Positions 1 to 12,757 of a DNA stretch of 64,000 nt are shown here, in pieces. The translations under genes and the position numbers were made by a program. The DNA is from Ginglymostoma cirratum (taxonomy: Eukaryota). A model generated the notes under the pieces. The model made no database searches. It was not told the DNA's origin and saw only the letters and a list, made by a program, of their open reading frames with translations. The DNA lies in NCBI GenBank assembly GCA_024137785.1, contig JAHRHZ010000111.1:25099298-25163297 (forward strand), given 5' to 3'. Position 1 is the stretch's first letter. Every line of letters begins with the position of its first letter.

Positions 1-547
1 TGTCTATCCACAAACATTATTTATCCCAAAACAAGGCCATGTAACTGCACAGCTTTGCAGGAACATTGTTCACAAGGCAACTGGATTTCTTGTGATTCTG
101 CTGCAAGGTCCCTGGGTCCAGACTCAGGGAATTGACCCTCCTGGCCATTTACTCCCATTCCCTTCGGAGGGTGCTCCTTGACGGACCGCTGGCCCCTTTG
201 CGGATGCATGTTTTTCCGCCTGTCCCCCTGCACCAGTGATGTCTCCATCACTACAGATTCCTTAGTCTGTCCCAATGTCCCCCTTGTAATAATTTGCATT
301 GCAGCAACATCTTTGTGTGCCTTCAATTGAAACTACAGCCTGCCTTTAATAATAGCGAACCAACAGCATCACATGGTGCATAAACAACATTCCTGTTGTG
401 TACAGAGTTCACCAGTAGCTTTCAGGGGCAAACAGCAGCAGCTTACGCCCACCTCAGTCTAAATGGGCACAGGCATTTTTTACTCACCCATAGACAAAAA
501 AAGGGCAAATCAATTTCTGGTCCTTTGAGTTTTGTTTCTGAAATAAC

Positions 548-748
548 TGTACAGAAGCTGGTATCCCTTATACCAAGTCATGTGCACAGTAAATGGTCTC
601 TAACCAGCCAGCTCAGAGCCAGTTCCTAGAATGAGGAGACTCTCTGTTTACATCTGCTAGCCAAGGCTCCTTGATTGGCCCAGGTTAACAGCCCCAATCA
701 AGGATCTCAGTCAACGAGAGCCACCTGGCCCTGGTTCCAATCACTACG
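548..748. mobile_element. Probable solo LTR of a shark LTR retroelement
   Basis: Begins tgt and ends ...caatcactac. The internal ...gattggcccaggttaacagccccaatca... resembles a recurrent elasmobranch repeat (recognition only). Confidence 0.4.
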
Positions 749-1030
749 CTTTCCTTGTTTTATTGTTCATTATTTTTGTTCATATTTATATCTTACATAA
801 GATGAAATGACAATTTAAGGAAAAAGCAAAATTATTTTGAGGGAAAAGATGACAGTTCTTCATGTTGCTTGCTCGATTGGCTGACTTTTAGATCACCAAC
901 TCTGCTTGGAGCTTTCATCCTATGATATCCCACTTCTAAGTGCTCTGCTGCCTTACAGTCATCTCTGGTAAGCTCATACTCCAATCATCACAGGCCTTAC
1001 CATGTGAAATGGAAAATGAAGACGGTCTGT

Positions 1031-1228
1031 GGAGCTGGAGGAACACAGCAGGCCAGGCAGCATCTGAGGAGCGGGAAAGCTGACATTTCGGGTCAGGACC
1101 CTTCTTCAGAAGTCTCGACCCACAACGCCAACTTTCCCGCTCCTCTGATGCTGCCTGGCCTGCTGTGTTCCTCCAGCTCCACACTGTGTTATGTCTAACT
1201 CCAGCATCTGCAGTTCTTGCTATCTCTG
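1031..1228. mobile_element. Palindromic Penelope-like element terminus (inverted pLTR pair) with hammerhead motif
   Basis: Arms 1028-1079 and 1132-1183 are reverse complements (1 mismatch in 52 bp). Minus-strand CTGAAGA-AGGGTC-CT-GACCC-GAAA at 1086-1109. Flanking repeat aatgaagacRgtctgt at 1015-1030 and 1229-1244. Confidence 0.8.
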
Positions 1229-1666
1229 AATGAAGACAGTCTGTTTCATCCAACTGAAACAAACCTTGACTCTGTCAACAACAGTTTTTTCACTTACCCA
1301 TATCGCCAATTCTTATGAGTAAACTACAGTTTTTCAACAAAGTACAGGCACAAGTATACTATTATTACAAGTCACATTAAATTTTTTCCTGGATTGCTCA
1401 CAAAAGTATCTCGAAGATTCGTCCCCAGTTCCTGAAGGGTTGTCATTCCTTTCCTAGTAGTCTAAGTTCTAGCATGTGGTGAAGTATTGAACTGCTTGCC
1501 TGGCCATCCCTATACATTAACTATTCATTTTGTCTGAAAACATCTGAGAAATTTTAAATACTTTTAAAATCTATAAGAGGTCAGTATATTTCAAACTTGG
1601 AGTTAGAAGAATCCAGGACATATTGCCTGACATTCTTTTCTCCAGTAACAAGGTATAACTCCAAGG

Positions 1667-1763
1667 TTTTTCTGAAGAAGGGTCCAGACCCGAAACATCA
1701 GCTTTCCTGCTCCTCTGATGCTGCCTGGCCTGCTGTGTTCATCCAGCTCTACACCTTGTTATC
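1667..1763 (+). mobile_element. Short Penelope-like pLTR insertion with hammerhead motif
   Basis: CTGAAGA-AGGGTC-CA-GACCC-GAAA at 1672-1695. 13-bp TSD tataactccaagg at 1654-1666 and 1764-1776. Confidence 0.8.
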
Positions 1764-2319
1764 TATAACTCCAAGGAGTAGGTTTTTAAATTTTAACACC
1801 GGGTGGTGGTTTTACAGTGGCTTTATATTTCATATTTTTTGCGGACTTGAGTTTGAAGAGCTGAGGGGCACTCTACATGGAGGAATTCCTCTTCTTAGTA
1901 AAGACATTTCTTGACTTCACATGTCTTGTGCTAACTAATTGTTTAGTAGGGCTCCTGTCTAGGTTTATGACTGTCAGGTAGCAGCTTTTGCTTTGGAGGT
2001 TGCTTGAAACTTGTAATGGCACTGGGGGAGGGGGGAACAGTACTTACTAGCCCAGCTCTCCTCTTTCTGGAAACCTTCTTGATGTGGGCGCAGTGTGATA
2101 CCTGGAGACCTGGTCCAGCCTGAACCCTGATTGACCTCCTGAAGTATGTCTGAAAGAATCCACAATGCAATGCTTCCTGAGCAAACCACATTTGGCAAAG
2201 ATCCCACAGACTTCGACTTGTTTTCAGCGATATCTGGCTGTTTGCAGAAGAATATCAGATTGACAGCCATCTGAAAACGCAATCCTCGTCCTTTTCCATT
2301 GAAGAACTAAAACTTGTTG

Positions 2320-3147
2320 ATGTTGTCAAACTTGAAAGGATTCAGAAAAGATTTACAAGAATGTTGCCAGGGTTGGAGAGCATGAGCTATAGGGAGAGGC
2401 TCATAGAATCCCTTGTGTGGAAACAGGCCCTTCGGCCCAACAAGTCCACACTGACCCTTGGAGCATCCCACCCAGACCCATCCCCCTATAACCCACCTAA
2501 TCTACAGACCCCTGAACACTACGGGCAATTTAGCATAGCCAATCCACCTAACCTGCACATCTTTGGACTGTGGGAGGAAACTGGAGTACCCAGAGGAAAT
2601 TCACGCAGACATGGGGGGAATGTGCAATCTCCACACAGACAGTTGCCCGAGGGTAGAGTTGAACCCGGCTCCCTGGCGCTGTGAGGCAGCAGTGCTAACC
2701 ACTGAGCCACCGTGTCTCCCTAGTCTAGGGGCTATTTTTCCTGGAGCGGAGGCTGAGGAATGACCTTATTGAGGTTTATAAAATCATGAGGGGCAAGCAT
2801 AGGATAAACAGACAAGATCATTTCCCCAGGGTGGGGGAATCCAAAACTAGAGGGCATAGGTTTAAGGTGAGAGCGGTAAGATTTAAAAGGGATTGAAGGA
2901 GCAACTTTTTCTTTCAGAGGGAGGTGCATGTATGGAATGAGCTGCCAGAGGAAGTGGTAGAGCCTGATACAATTACAACATTTAAAAGGCATCCAGATTG
3001 GTAAATGAATAGGAAGGCTTTAGAGGGATATGGGCCAAATGCTGGCAAATGGGACGAGATTTATATTGGATATCTGGTCAGCATAGATGAGTTGGGCTGA
3101 AGGGGCTGCTTCCATGCTGTATAACTCTATGACTCCATGACTGTATA
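2320..3147 (+). mobile_element. CR1-clade LINE (HER1-like) 3' fragment interrupted by a SINE
   Basis: ORF2 C-terminal remnant (LERIQKRFTRMLPGLESMSYRERL ... EVYKIMRG) and 3' tail ...gtataactctatgactccatgact. Confidence 0.85.
2402..2714 (-). mobile_element. HE1-like tRNA-derived SINE
   Basis: Minus head cacggtggctcagtggttagcactgctgcctcacagcgccagggagccgggttcaactc (Pol III A/B boxes), V-SINE-like core, and CR1-type tail gggccgaagggcctgtttccac. Confidence 0.88.
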
Positions 3148-3179
3148 AAAATGATTTCTTTTCCCCCCGTAAAAGTGAA

Positions 3180-4285
3180 TCACAACTGAGAGAAATTTAT
3201 TCTCTTCCCTTTCACTGGTTGTGTGAGTGTTTGTTTGCATGTACAGTTTGAGTTAGTCAAAGAGATAAACATCTATATTTTAATATAAGAACTTGTGTGT
3301 TAACCAGATTTACATCATCATTGAGTAATTTGTGTTTCTAATAAATCAACAATTATGTTTATTAAAGAAACCTGTGAAATATAAGGTGTGTAGTATATTT
3401 TAAAAATCATTTATTATAAATTTTGGATTTTGAAATAGTGGGCTTTGATCTCTATTATGGTGGGGGGAGGGGTTCCAATGATTCCTTTGTTGGTATTTCT
3501 GGAGCTATAAATTTGAAAAAAAAAACAGAATGAGAAACGCAGGTCCTGGAGTGATAATGGGAATTTGTTTGCCCTGGATTAATTTTATGAGTGGTTAAAT
3601 ATTTAAAAGCATTGGTTAGTTAGCTTCTGTTAGTAGTATCAGAAATTATTTGCTTGTTTTTCTCAAACGGAAATGCCCGTTGCTTGGAAAGCTTTTGGTT
3701 TCAATTTATAGACATCCTGATTAAAGTTAAATGTATGAAACCCTTTCTGCTAGAGGAAGGAGTCAGTTTAGATAAGTAAGAAAATAGGTTACCTCAGTGT
3801 AAGGGATTTGGTTTCAAAGTTGCATACCAAAAGTGTTTGGTTAGAACTCTGAAGGGGCTATGTGAAGCTGAGAAAGTCTGAGCTCACTTGTGTGAATAAT
3901 AAGGAAGAGGCCAGCAAGCTCTCAAAACTGGGAATTGAGAAAAAAATCAAGTTAACCCTAAAGATGTGATAAAGGAGCAAAATCTCTCTCGTGTTTAAGT
4001 CCTGTAGAGTGTCGATGTCGGGTTAAATTGGATTGTATTTTGTCATTTATTTCAAAATCTATAAAATTGTGTAATATGTAAGTAACATTGTTCATTTTAG
4101 TTTACTTTCTCTTTTGAATGGTAAACATGTTAAATTGTTACAACTTGAACTGCGGCATTGCATGTCTGTGTTTCAGTGAAAAAAACCTTGTTAAATAAAA
4201 CAAAAAAAACTAAAATGTGCTCTGTCAAGCCAGATTTCAGTCTGGGATTTGACTTGTCCAATAATAACTCCAGCTGGGATGTCTA
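3180..4285 (+). mobile_element. Probable decayed LTR-like repeat(s)
   Basis: AT-rich with aataaa signals; the end ...ctgggatttgacttgtccaataataactccagctgggat resembles shark solo-LTR termini. Boundaries uncertain. Confidence 0.3.
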
Positions 4286-4423
4286 GAATGTCTACAATTG
4301 GCCATATCAAGAATCAAATAAAAAGAAATCTCTGTAGTAACCTGTGGAGTAGTGCAACTTTAAAGGCAATGCACTCCTCCTGTCTCAGTCAAAACCATAG
4401 AAGCCCATGGACAGCAGATCAAT

Positions 4424-4554
4424 AAAAACCAAAAGAACTGCGGATGCTGTAAATCAGGAACAAAAACAGAAGTTGCTGGAAAAGCTCAGCAGGTCCGGCA
4501 GCATCTGTGAAGAAAAGAATCAGAGTTAACGTTTTGGATCCGGTGACTCTTTCT
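4424..4554 (-). mobile_element. Short Penelope-like pLTR insertion with degenerate hammerhead motif
   Basis: Minus CTGAGAA-AGAGTC-ACCG-GATCC-AAAA-CGTT-AACT. 12-bp TSD cagcagatcaat at 4412-4423 and 4555-4566. Confidence 0.8.
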
Positions 4555-4919
4555 CAGCAGATCAATGCCCTATTACATAGTCCTGTGGAACTTTTATCCC
4601 AAACTTTGCAATGAGGTGGAAAATTGTATTAGAACGTAGCTGATCGCCCACTGCTCAGTTTATTGGCAAATGTAAAATCTACCCACTGCTGTGTGACAGA
4701 TACAAGCTAGAGGCAAGACACCTATGTAGTAGCAAATCTTCAGTGGAAATACTCACATTGCGCCTGCAGGCATTCTGCCTGGTGGTAAGGTGAGATGAGG
4801 GGAGGTGAGGATTTGGGAATTTGTGGTGGGAGCAAGGGGAGGTGGGTATTGATGTGGAAATGCAAATTGTTGAACAACAAGGGATTAAAACAGACATTTT
4901 ACCACCAATGAGAATAAAG

Positions 4920-5290
4920 GACGTGAAGGGAGACTAAATAGAAATGTATAAAATGGTGAGGGCATATAGAATATCTGGGAAAGCCTAATTTCCCTCAGTT
5001 CAGGGGAACTAAAACCAGAGTACATGGATTTATGTTAGAGGGAGGAAATTTAATGGAGCTATAAAAGGAATTTCCCCTTTTACTCAGAAGGTGGCGAGGA
5101 ATTGGAACTCAAGAACTGAAAGGATGGGAGAGGCAAGAACCCTCATGTACTTGCAATGTCACAATACTCAAGGAAATGGAACGCATGCAAATAAGTGGGA
5201 TTAGACTGGGGAGCTACTTGATAGTTGCTGCAGATGTGGTGTGGCAAATCTTCTTATTTGGTGCAATAGGCTTCCCTGATTTCAATGATT
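4920..5290 (+). mobile_element. Decayed CR1 LINE 3' end
   Basis: gggagactaaatagaaatgtataaaat (GDLIEVYKI-like), ttttactcagaaggtgg...tggaactc (FTQRVV..WN-like) and a CR1-type 3'UTR. Confidence 0.7.
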
Positions 5291-5420
5291 CCAAAGTTAA
5301 CAAGAAAAATAGAGAACCCTTCGGGTGAATTTTAATCTTCAAAGTGGGTGTGAGTGGATCAGCTGACTGGAAGCTATCAGATTTAAAATAAGGTTGAATG
5401 CAACACAAATAGCTTGTGCT

Positions 5421-5552
5421 CTGAGGGAGGGTCACTCGATCCAAAACATTGACTCTGATTTCTCTCCACAGATCTTGCCAGACCTGCTGAGCTTTTCCAG
5501 CAATTTCTGTTTTCATTTCTGATTTACAGCATCTGCAGTTTTCTTGGTTTTT
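5421..5552 (+). mobile_element. Short Penelope-like pLTR copy
   Basis: ctgagggagggtcactcgatccaaaacattgactctgatttctctccacagat...; same family as 4424-4554, opposite strand. Confidence 0.75.
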
Positions 5553-6599
5553 AAAAACAGTTTCTTGCTTGATTTATGTAGGCAAGGACTCAAGGGTTTG
5601 ATAGCTAATGATGCCAAAGCCAAAAATGTATAATCTGAGGGCAGCAAATATAATAGTTTACATGTGGAGCAGTTTTATAAATATAAAAATAGTCAAATCA
5701 ACAAGACATGACTTTTATATATAGATTGCAGGTGAGATTATAGAGAAGCAACCATTCTTTTTAAATGAAAAAATATTCTGAGGTACACAAGATCAGTGGG
5801 TAGTATTGAAATTATCACGTATTAATTGGGAAACCATGACAAAGGACCACGATCCATCATGAAGATGCCAATATGGTCACAAAGATTTAAAAGCAAACAA
5901 GATAAATGGGGAAAATTTGCTGATGCCAAGTCTGGGTTTTAAAAGTGCCGAGATCACAGAAGGAAAAGGAAACAGAGAGGTAGAGACATCAACACGCTCT
6001 TCTTGTAACTAAGGCTTACATTTTATCATAGATACTTTTATAAAATATACTTAAACTTTACATCAGTTTTTAATTAACACTGTGAACTAGAAATAAAATA
6101 TGACAAGCATCTATCTAACAGGAGGCCAAGGAAGGTGGATTCGTAACAAAGCCAAACAAGTTGAGTGTCAGCCTGTAACTCCTTCCAACACACACCAATA
6201 GCAGTTAGTAAGAATGGGAGTGATCACTAGTCAGCCATGTGATCACAAAAACATTGGATCCTCTGCCACTATTCTAAGCTCTTGATCACGACATGTGCAT
6301 AAAAATGCACGTTGCCACAGCAACTTGTAACAAATCACAAACAGTATATAAACAGGAGCTTGTAACCAATTAGGTTTCACTTTTCTCATGCACCAGCTGT
6401 CTATATGACCCCTCATTGTGGCCTTCATAGCCATAAATATTGTTTAGCATTATAATAAAATATTGTGGATTTTAAATGTTGACCATAAATCAATGCCTTT
6501 TCCTTTGAAGCTTATTAACACAGCACCTAAATATTTAAACTCCAAATTATAAAATTTTAAATGTCGCCACCACCCAATGATCACTGAACCTCAAGGGGG

Positions 6600-6880
6600 A
6601 CATTGTGAGGTACTAGCCTTGATCTCACTGGAGTAAGGCTAACAACAGGGGACAAGAAGCTGTCAATGTTCCTGCTCCTGATCATCATTTAAGTGACCCT
6701 ACTGGAAACACTGGAAGTGTGTGGGCAGAAGATGGAGACTGTGACACTCTGGCTTGTTTCTCCTTCTGGGTAGCAGATTGCACATAAAGCTTACCCTCTT
6801 GGGTGAGGACTAGCAAGGAAGCCTGTGGGACTGTACACAGGAATAAGTCATTGCTTCAGGAAAGGGGAGGAGAAACGAGT
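6600..6880 (+). mobile_element. Old SINE-like repeat (related copies ~20270-20500 +, ~38100-38345 -, ~50020-50090 +)
   Basis: Motif gttcctgctcctgatc...agtgacccta...ctggaaa and 3' end ttcaggaaaggggaggagaaa recognised as a decayed elasmobranch SINE. Confidence 0.45.
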
Positions 6881-9800
6881 GATGAAGTGAAGGGGAATAT
6901 TTTAAGATACTGCTTAAGGCTAGGTTAAAAGGAAGCATTTGAACTGCATGCAGCAGCTGCAGAGTTAAACCAATATTTGGTGGCAAAAAACAGCATTAGT
7001 GAAGTCATACATTGGAGAACATGCAAAAACTTACTGGGTATGCCGTATGTTCAGAATTTTCTTCATGTCTATTCAACTATAAACTTTTGTCCTCATTAGA
7101 TTATTTTTAAAACACAGTTGTTAGAAGCTGTCAAACATTTAGAAAATCTTCAGTCTACGCCTAAAAGATAAATCTAACATTTATTTCATACATTTCTTTG
7201 CCAAGGATAATGATAACAGATGTAAAATCACGTTAATGTGGTATAGAAATATCGAGGGGGAGAAAAAAAATACTTAAAACTGGCCTTCATACAAACATTG
7301 CATTTCTAACAAATATCCCACAGTGCATTCTGTTGTACAGCAGCCATACATTAATTAGTGAATTCAGTGTCACTGCATTGTGTTATATGCATTCATGTGA
7401 ATCTTCATTTTTCACTAGTGGTGACTTACTAATTAAACGAAAGCCTTGCAATTAAATGTAGAAAATTACATTAATAATCTTAATGCATGCTGCAATTCTC
7501 TGCATGCTGCAATTTGCTGTATATTAATTGGATTTCTATATTTTTATGGTGCTAACACAGCTATGGAAATGAAGCAGCTCTCCTTTTGTAGATGATACTC
7601 TGAGTAGTAAGGTGCAATGTTCCAGAATCTCCCTGCCAGTACCTGGCCCTAGTCCAATGCTTTTAGTGAGTGCTATCTGTCAAGGCATGAATAATACAGC
7701 CCCTAGGCTGTCGGCTGAATCCAAATGAGGCATACATCACGAAGAAAGCACTCGACTTTAGCTCCAGAACATGCTCCTACTAAGACAGGCAATTATTCAC
7801 CCACTGCAGCAGCCATGGCAATCAAACTGGTGGGTGAAAAGGTACACGAAATGGAAAAAAAAATTAAATAAAATACAGCAAAATAGGGCAGAGAAGATTC
7901 AATAATTTGTTATCAAGAGACAGCACGGACCAATTTTCTGCAGACTCTGCCTCGTAGCTTTATAAGAACTATTTGCAAAATATGATTTTCACGGATTGCC
8001 AAAAATGCATAGACAATATTAGGAAGCAATAAATTATTATTGAATAAAACAGGAAAGAGTTCAGAAGAGCAAAAAAAAAATTCAGAATGACCATTTTGGA
8101 AAAGCTTAAGATTTTGTGCACTTAAACTACATTCTAAATCACCTTTTAGCAGGTTTTTTTTAAATGCTCATTAGAAATATCACAGTGGCATAAACATAGA
8201 AAGAATTGCCAGTGCTAACACTTATAAAATGTGAAACAAAGAACTTGAAATCATATTTTTATTGACACGACTATAGTACATGAAGTCACCCAGAACTCCA
8301 ATGCTTATTTATAATAGAAACCTTTGCCAAAAACTCGAAAAACATAAAGAATAGACTGTCAGCATTAACAAACTCTACAAAGGCTAGCAGAGTGACATAC
8401 ACATTTAAAACAAAACAACATGAGGATAGGTTAGCTACCAGCGTGTACTATTTTTATAAAGGTTTTCTCAGTATCAGTAAGACAGACATTATTTATAGTA
8501 GAGACAAAAAGGAATCAAGTGGGGTTGCTGCAAATCTGACCTGAAACCAGAAAATGGTGATGTGAAGCCAAAACACTGGTGATGAGTCGTCAAACCTGGA
8601 ACCTACTTCTTCCTTTGCAGATGCTGCCACACCTGCTGAGTATTTCCAACATTTTCTGTTTTTGCCTTCAGAAAACGTTGAACTTCGCTGATAAACATCT
8701 TGAGGAGAAAGCCCCAGCTAAGATTTTGGGTACTCCTTCATGATAGCTGAACAAAGCCAGAGCCAACATACAAATGAAAGGATAATATGCTTTCTTGTTG
8801 CTTGCAGCTCAAACCTACACATGATAAAATATATCCTAATCGATGCATGATACAACCAGATTCCTGACAAATATGTACATATTAAAATACGATTCTCCTA
8901 TGGGAATCTATATTTAACAAAGCCTCCAAGTAGACAAGTAAGTCTTTTTTCCAAGTAGACAAGTAAGTTTTAAGTTTAGGAACCGTTATCTAGAGCTCTC
9001 TGTCGTCTCTTTAGCACTTATGCCAAGAACAACGGATTTTCCAGATTATATTGAGGAATAAATTCTGTTGTGTTCAGTGATGGATGGCAATTGTATATAC
9101 AATAAATAGAAAAGAGTTTCATTTGAATCCAATTTTGCTAATCTTAATTCTTATTTGTAAACACACTACCTTAGTTGCCAAAGATTAATAATAATGCAAT
9201 AACTGTGAGGGCAGAAGGTGCAGTGAACTAAAACTGTTATCTTTGTCATCACTTTACACCCTCTGGAGACCTGGTTTATAATTCAAAACAAAGAACAGAG
9301 AATGGAAATACTTCTTTCACAAGGTTCTTGGAAACACAGGAAACCAAAGATCTGATTAAAAGAATAAAGTGAATCACAAGTGAGGGTTGAGGAACTAGTA
9401 AGTGCTACTCGCCAAGCCTACCTGAGTTAAGAATGCTCATTATTGAGACAGGGAACGGAAACAAAAGAAATGGCCTTTAGAACTGTCAACTTTCAAACAT
9501 CAAAAGAGCTGGAATTACTTACATTTTACCTCTTATACTCAATCTTGTATCAGGTGAAAACTCAAATAATGCCAGAGACTGAAATAAGCTGCCCATATAA
9601 AAATAAAACAGAATACAGAATGAGACAATGCCAATTGCTTCATTAAACTGGCTACTTCCAAAGAGCATGTACAATTTACCTTATCATGTACTGTACCCAG
9701 CCAATTAAGCTCCTAAGAGAAGGCAAATACTCCCTGATCTCTGCTGATTATGAAGCAAAACTTCAGAATATTCAACGATATGCACATCTCTGTTATACAA

Positions 9801-10054
9801 TACCATCTGGCTAATCCTAGTACACAACAACCCTTCGCTGCATTCCAGCCTCTAGCAAAGGAAACAGCATTCCATTTAAAGAAAACAGCAAAACAATAAC
9901 AAACATGAGAAGTGAAGTACTCTAACGTAATGAAAAGATAGAATCTGCCTTACATAGTTAACGTAAACCAAACAGCATAATCAGAAATGCGTACAATCCC
10001 AGAATGTGATCCTGAAACACTGTTACATATCCTAAATCACATACAATAAAACCT

Positions 10055-10819
10055 GGGTTGAATTCTTCAGTCATCAAATGTGAATTTTTTTTCCCTTGCC
10101 CATGGCACATTAGGCCGTTGGGGGTAGCGCACTTATTCAGATGGGAGGATGGCAGGTGAGGATTCTGCTTCCTTCCCTCCTGCTCCATGATTAAGTCCAT
10201 AGAGTAAGTGCGTGGACAACGTTCCTGTTGTACCTCTAACTGAGGCACTTCTCAGTGGGACCTTAATTGATCCCCACGTTGGACCTCATCCCCTCTGCTG
10301 TTAGTATTTACCAGCAACAGGTAGGGCGGGGCAGTCCCTACAATAGAAGCACAAAGAGTTTTTGGAGTTGGCTTGAGGAGTTATTTGTTGAGAGTCACCT
10401 AGTGCTCAAGGAATCGGCATCAGGAAGCGACAGTGGATGTTGATTGCCACACCTCAGACCTTGCTGCTGATCCTGTTCACCCATTCTGCCAACAGTTACA
10501 TCTGGCCTGTGCCCATGATAATCTTGAGCCTCAGATGGGTGTCATACAAGGACCAGACACTACCTTGATTGGGGCACTGCCAGTCAATGGAGCTGCCAGC
10601 CTCTTAGTGACTGACAGCTCTTGGCATACAGGATTTCTGCCACCAAGGTCCTCACTCCTGGCGGTGTCCCACCATTGTGCCAGTAGAGTCGCTGAGTGGC
10701 ACATAACAAAAAGAGGCGATGTAGGGCATAGGGTGGGGCTCATGCTGCCTCACCAGTTTGGGATTGGACAAGCTGTTCCTTTCACCTCTATCAAGTCCAT
10801 GTGCATAAAACAGCAACCC
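10055..10819. mobile_element. Non-autonomous DNA transposon (Harbinger-type MITE-like)
   Basis: Imperfect terminal inverted repeats gggttgaatt... / ...aaaacagcaaccc around a GC-richer body; termini resemble the element starting at 61921. Confidence 0.45.
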
Positions 10820-11109
10820 TGACCATGATAATATTATCTGAATGCATGGTTGAGAAGCTCGAGATAGAGAGGGAGTAATAAAACATGAGGATGGTGGTGA
10901 AATCCAACTTGAACACTGTCATAGAATGAGTATTATTAGATTAGTTGCCCGTGATGAACTCCACTCAATTTTCCTTTCCACTGAAATCAATGGAATAGTA
11001 TGTTAGAACCAGGTATTAAGGGGTGGTCAATCTGTTACCATTTACTTAGTGCCTCTACCAATGTTGCCAAAAATGTCAGCTACGGCTTAATCAAAAGCAT
11101 TCTTACTAC

Positions 11110-11472
11110 ATAGTCAGAAGATTCAGAAGTTCAGTTCCACTCCAGAGACTTGACTGCAACAATCTAAGTTGATACTCCAGTGCATACAGGCACTGAGGGA
11201 ATGGTAGATTCTTAGAGGTGGGTTGTCTTGCAGATGAGACTTTAAGCCATATGCAGTTTGCTTTCTCCAGTGTACGTGAAAGGTCCCTTGGCACTATTCC
11301 ATTGAAGCCACAGAGATTTCTCCCCAGTGACTTGGTGAATATGCAACCCTTAACGAACGGTGTAAAGATTGATCATGTGGTCTTTATTACATTTCCATTT
11401 GTTGGGATTTTGCTGTATACATACTGGCTTCTATGTTTCCCTGTAATGAAACACTGACAATGATTCAAAAAG
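11110..11472 (+). mobile_element. SacSINE1/Deu-domain SINE-like copy
   Basis: gcagatgagactttaagcc...gaaaggtcccttggcactatt...tttctccccagtgacttggtgaatat...tttgttgggattttgctgt follows the Deu-SINE core and tail. Confidence 0.65.
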
Positions 11473-12489
11473 CTCAGAATTCATGAGTTATTCTACTTTT
11501 TCTTATTAAAGGTTGTGACCAGCTTAAGGTCCCACTGTTTATGGATGTCATTTATTTAGTTCTTGCCTGGACTGTCCAGTTTTTGAGTAAACTGTTCAGT
11601 TTTCATTCCTAACGTAAACTAAGCAAAATACCCAGGGGCTTGTTTTTTTAATTTCGTTTTTGTCCACTTTCAAGTGAACTATGACAATGGATTTGCTGCA
11701 CTGGAAAGACAACCAAAACCTGGAACAGATTTGAATATAAAACAATTTCTAAGCAAAGACAACATGAACCTAAACAAGTACCCTAATATTTAACTGATCA
11801 CCCAACAACACTGTAACAACACCACAAGGGCTGTGGCAGTTCTAGAAGGCAGCTCACTACCATCTTCTCAATGGGGACAACAAATGCTGGCTTTGCCCAC
11901 AATATTCACAAGCAATGAAACAAAACAAAATAAAAGGAAAAATAAGGAAAGCATCCTTATGAATGAAGCATCCATTAAACAATAATAAAAATACACAGAC
12001 TATATACATATAACATACAATTATTAATACAAAATACATTACAACATTATAAACAGCCAGAAAGGTTGAACCTAAATGTGCAGGTAGTGAATGAAGAGCT
12101 GACTAGGATTTCCGACAAAACAAAGAAAGATCATCTGTACTGAAATAAATATACCTCTGCAGCAAATGAATACCAGGACTACATAACTTGTTTAAGAGAA
12201 TTAAACAGAAGCATTTGCACAGGCTGTGTCCTATATCCTACTCTCAAACATTGTCTAGTTTTGTATACAGCAGGATTGGGATCCCCAGCAAGGGAAGTCT
12301 TAAAATGCAGAATGGGGCATTTTAATTGATGCACGTTTCAGGCATGTGGCATGTGCATTAAACCCCACTCTGTCCCATGTCATCAACTTAAGGCTCAGGC
12401 CTCAATCACTGAGCTATGTGGGACAGTATTTACATATTTGCCAGCAATCATCCAGCTGCATACCCAGAAAGAACAAAAGAAGGAAGCTA

Positions 12490-12757
12490 GCAACATCCCG
12501 GGGGTTATCACTGACCAGAAACTGAACTGAACTGGACTGGACTAGCCATATAAAAAGAACAGCTATGTGAGCAGGTCAGGAGCCAGAAGTATTACAGGGA
12601 GTGACTCATCTCCTGACTCTCCAAAGCCTGTCCACCATCTAAAAGGCACAAGTCAGGAATGTGGTGGAATACTCCTCACTTGCCTGGATGGGTGCAGCTC
12701 CCAACAACACTCAAGGAGCCTGACACCCTCCAGGACAAAGTAGCCTAATTGATTGGT
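12490..12757 (+). mobile_element. L2/CR1-group LINE ORF2 fragment
   Basis: Homologous to 28495-28740 (LLTLQSLSTI*KAQVRNVVEYSSLAWMGAAP). Confidence 0.75.

Noticed and set aside
21-326. 101-aa minus-strand ORF with a CxxC
   Set aside because: No resemblance to MYT-family or recognisable TE proteins and no convincing splice signals.
1290-1330. Possible microexon with donor TGG|gtaagtg
   Set aside because: Poor polypyrimidine tract and a 26-nt length that breaks the frame.
2640-2714. tRNA-like sequences (also near 25740-25818, 43000-43062, 44140-44196)
   Set aside because: These are SINE heads joined to SINE bodies, not tRNA genes.
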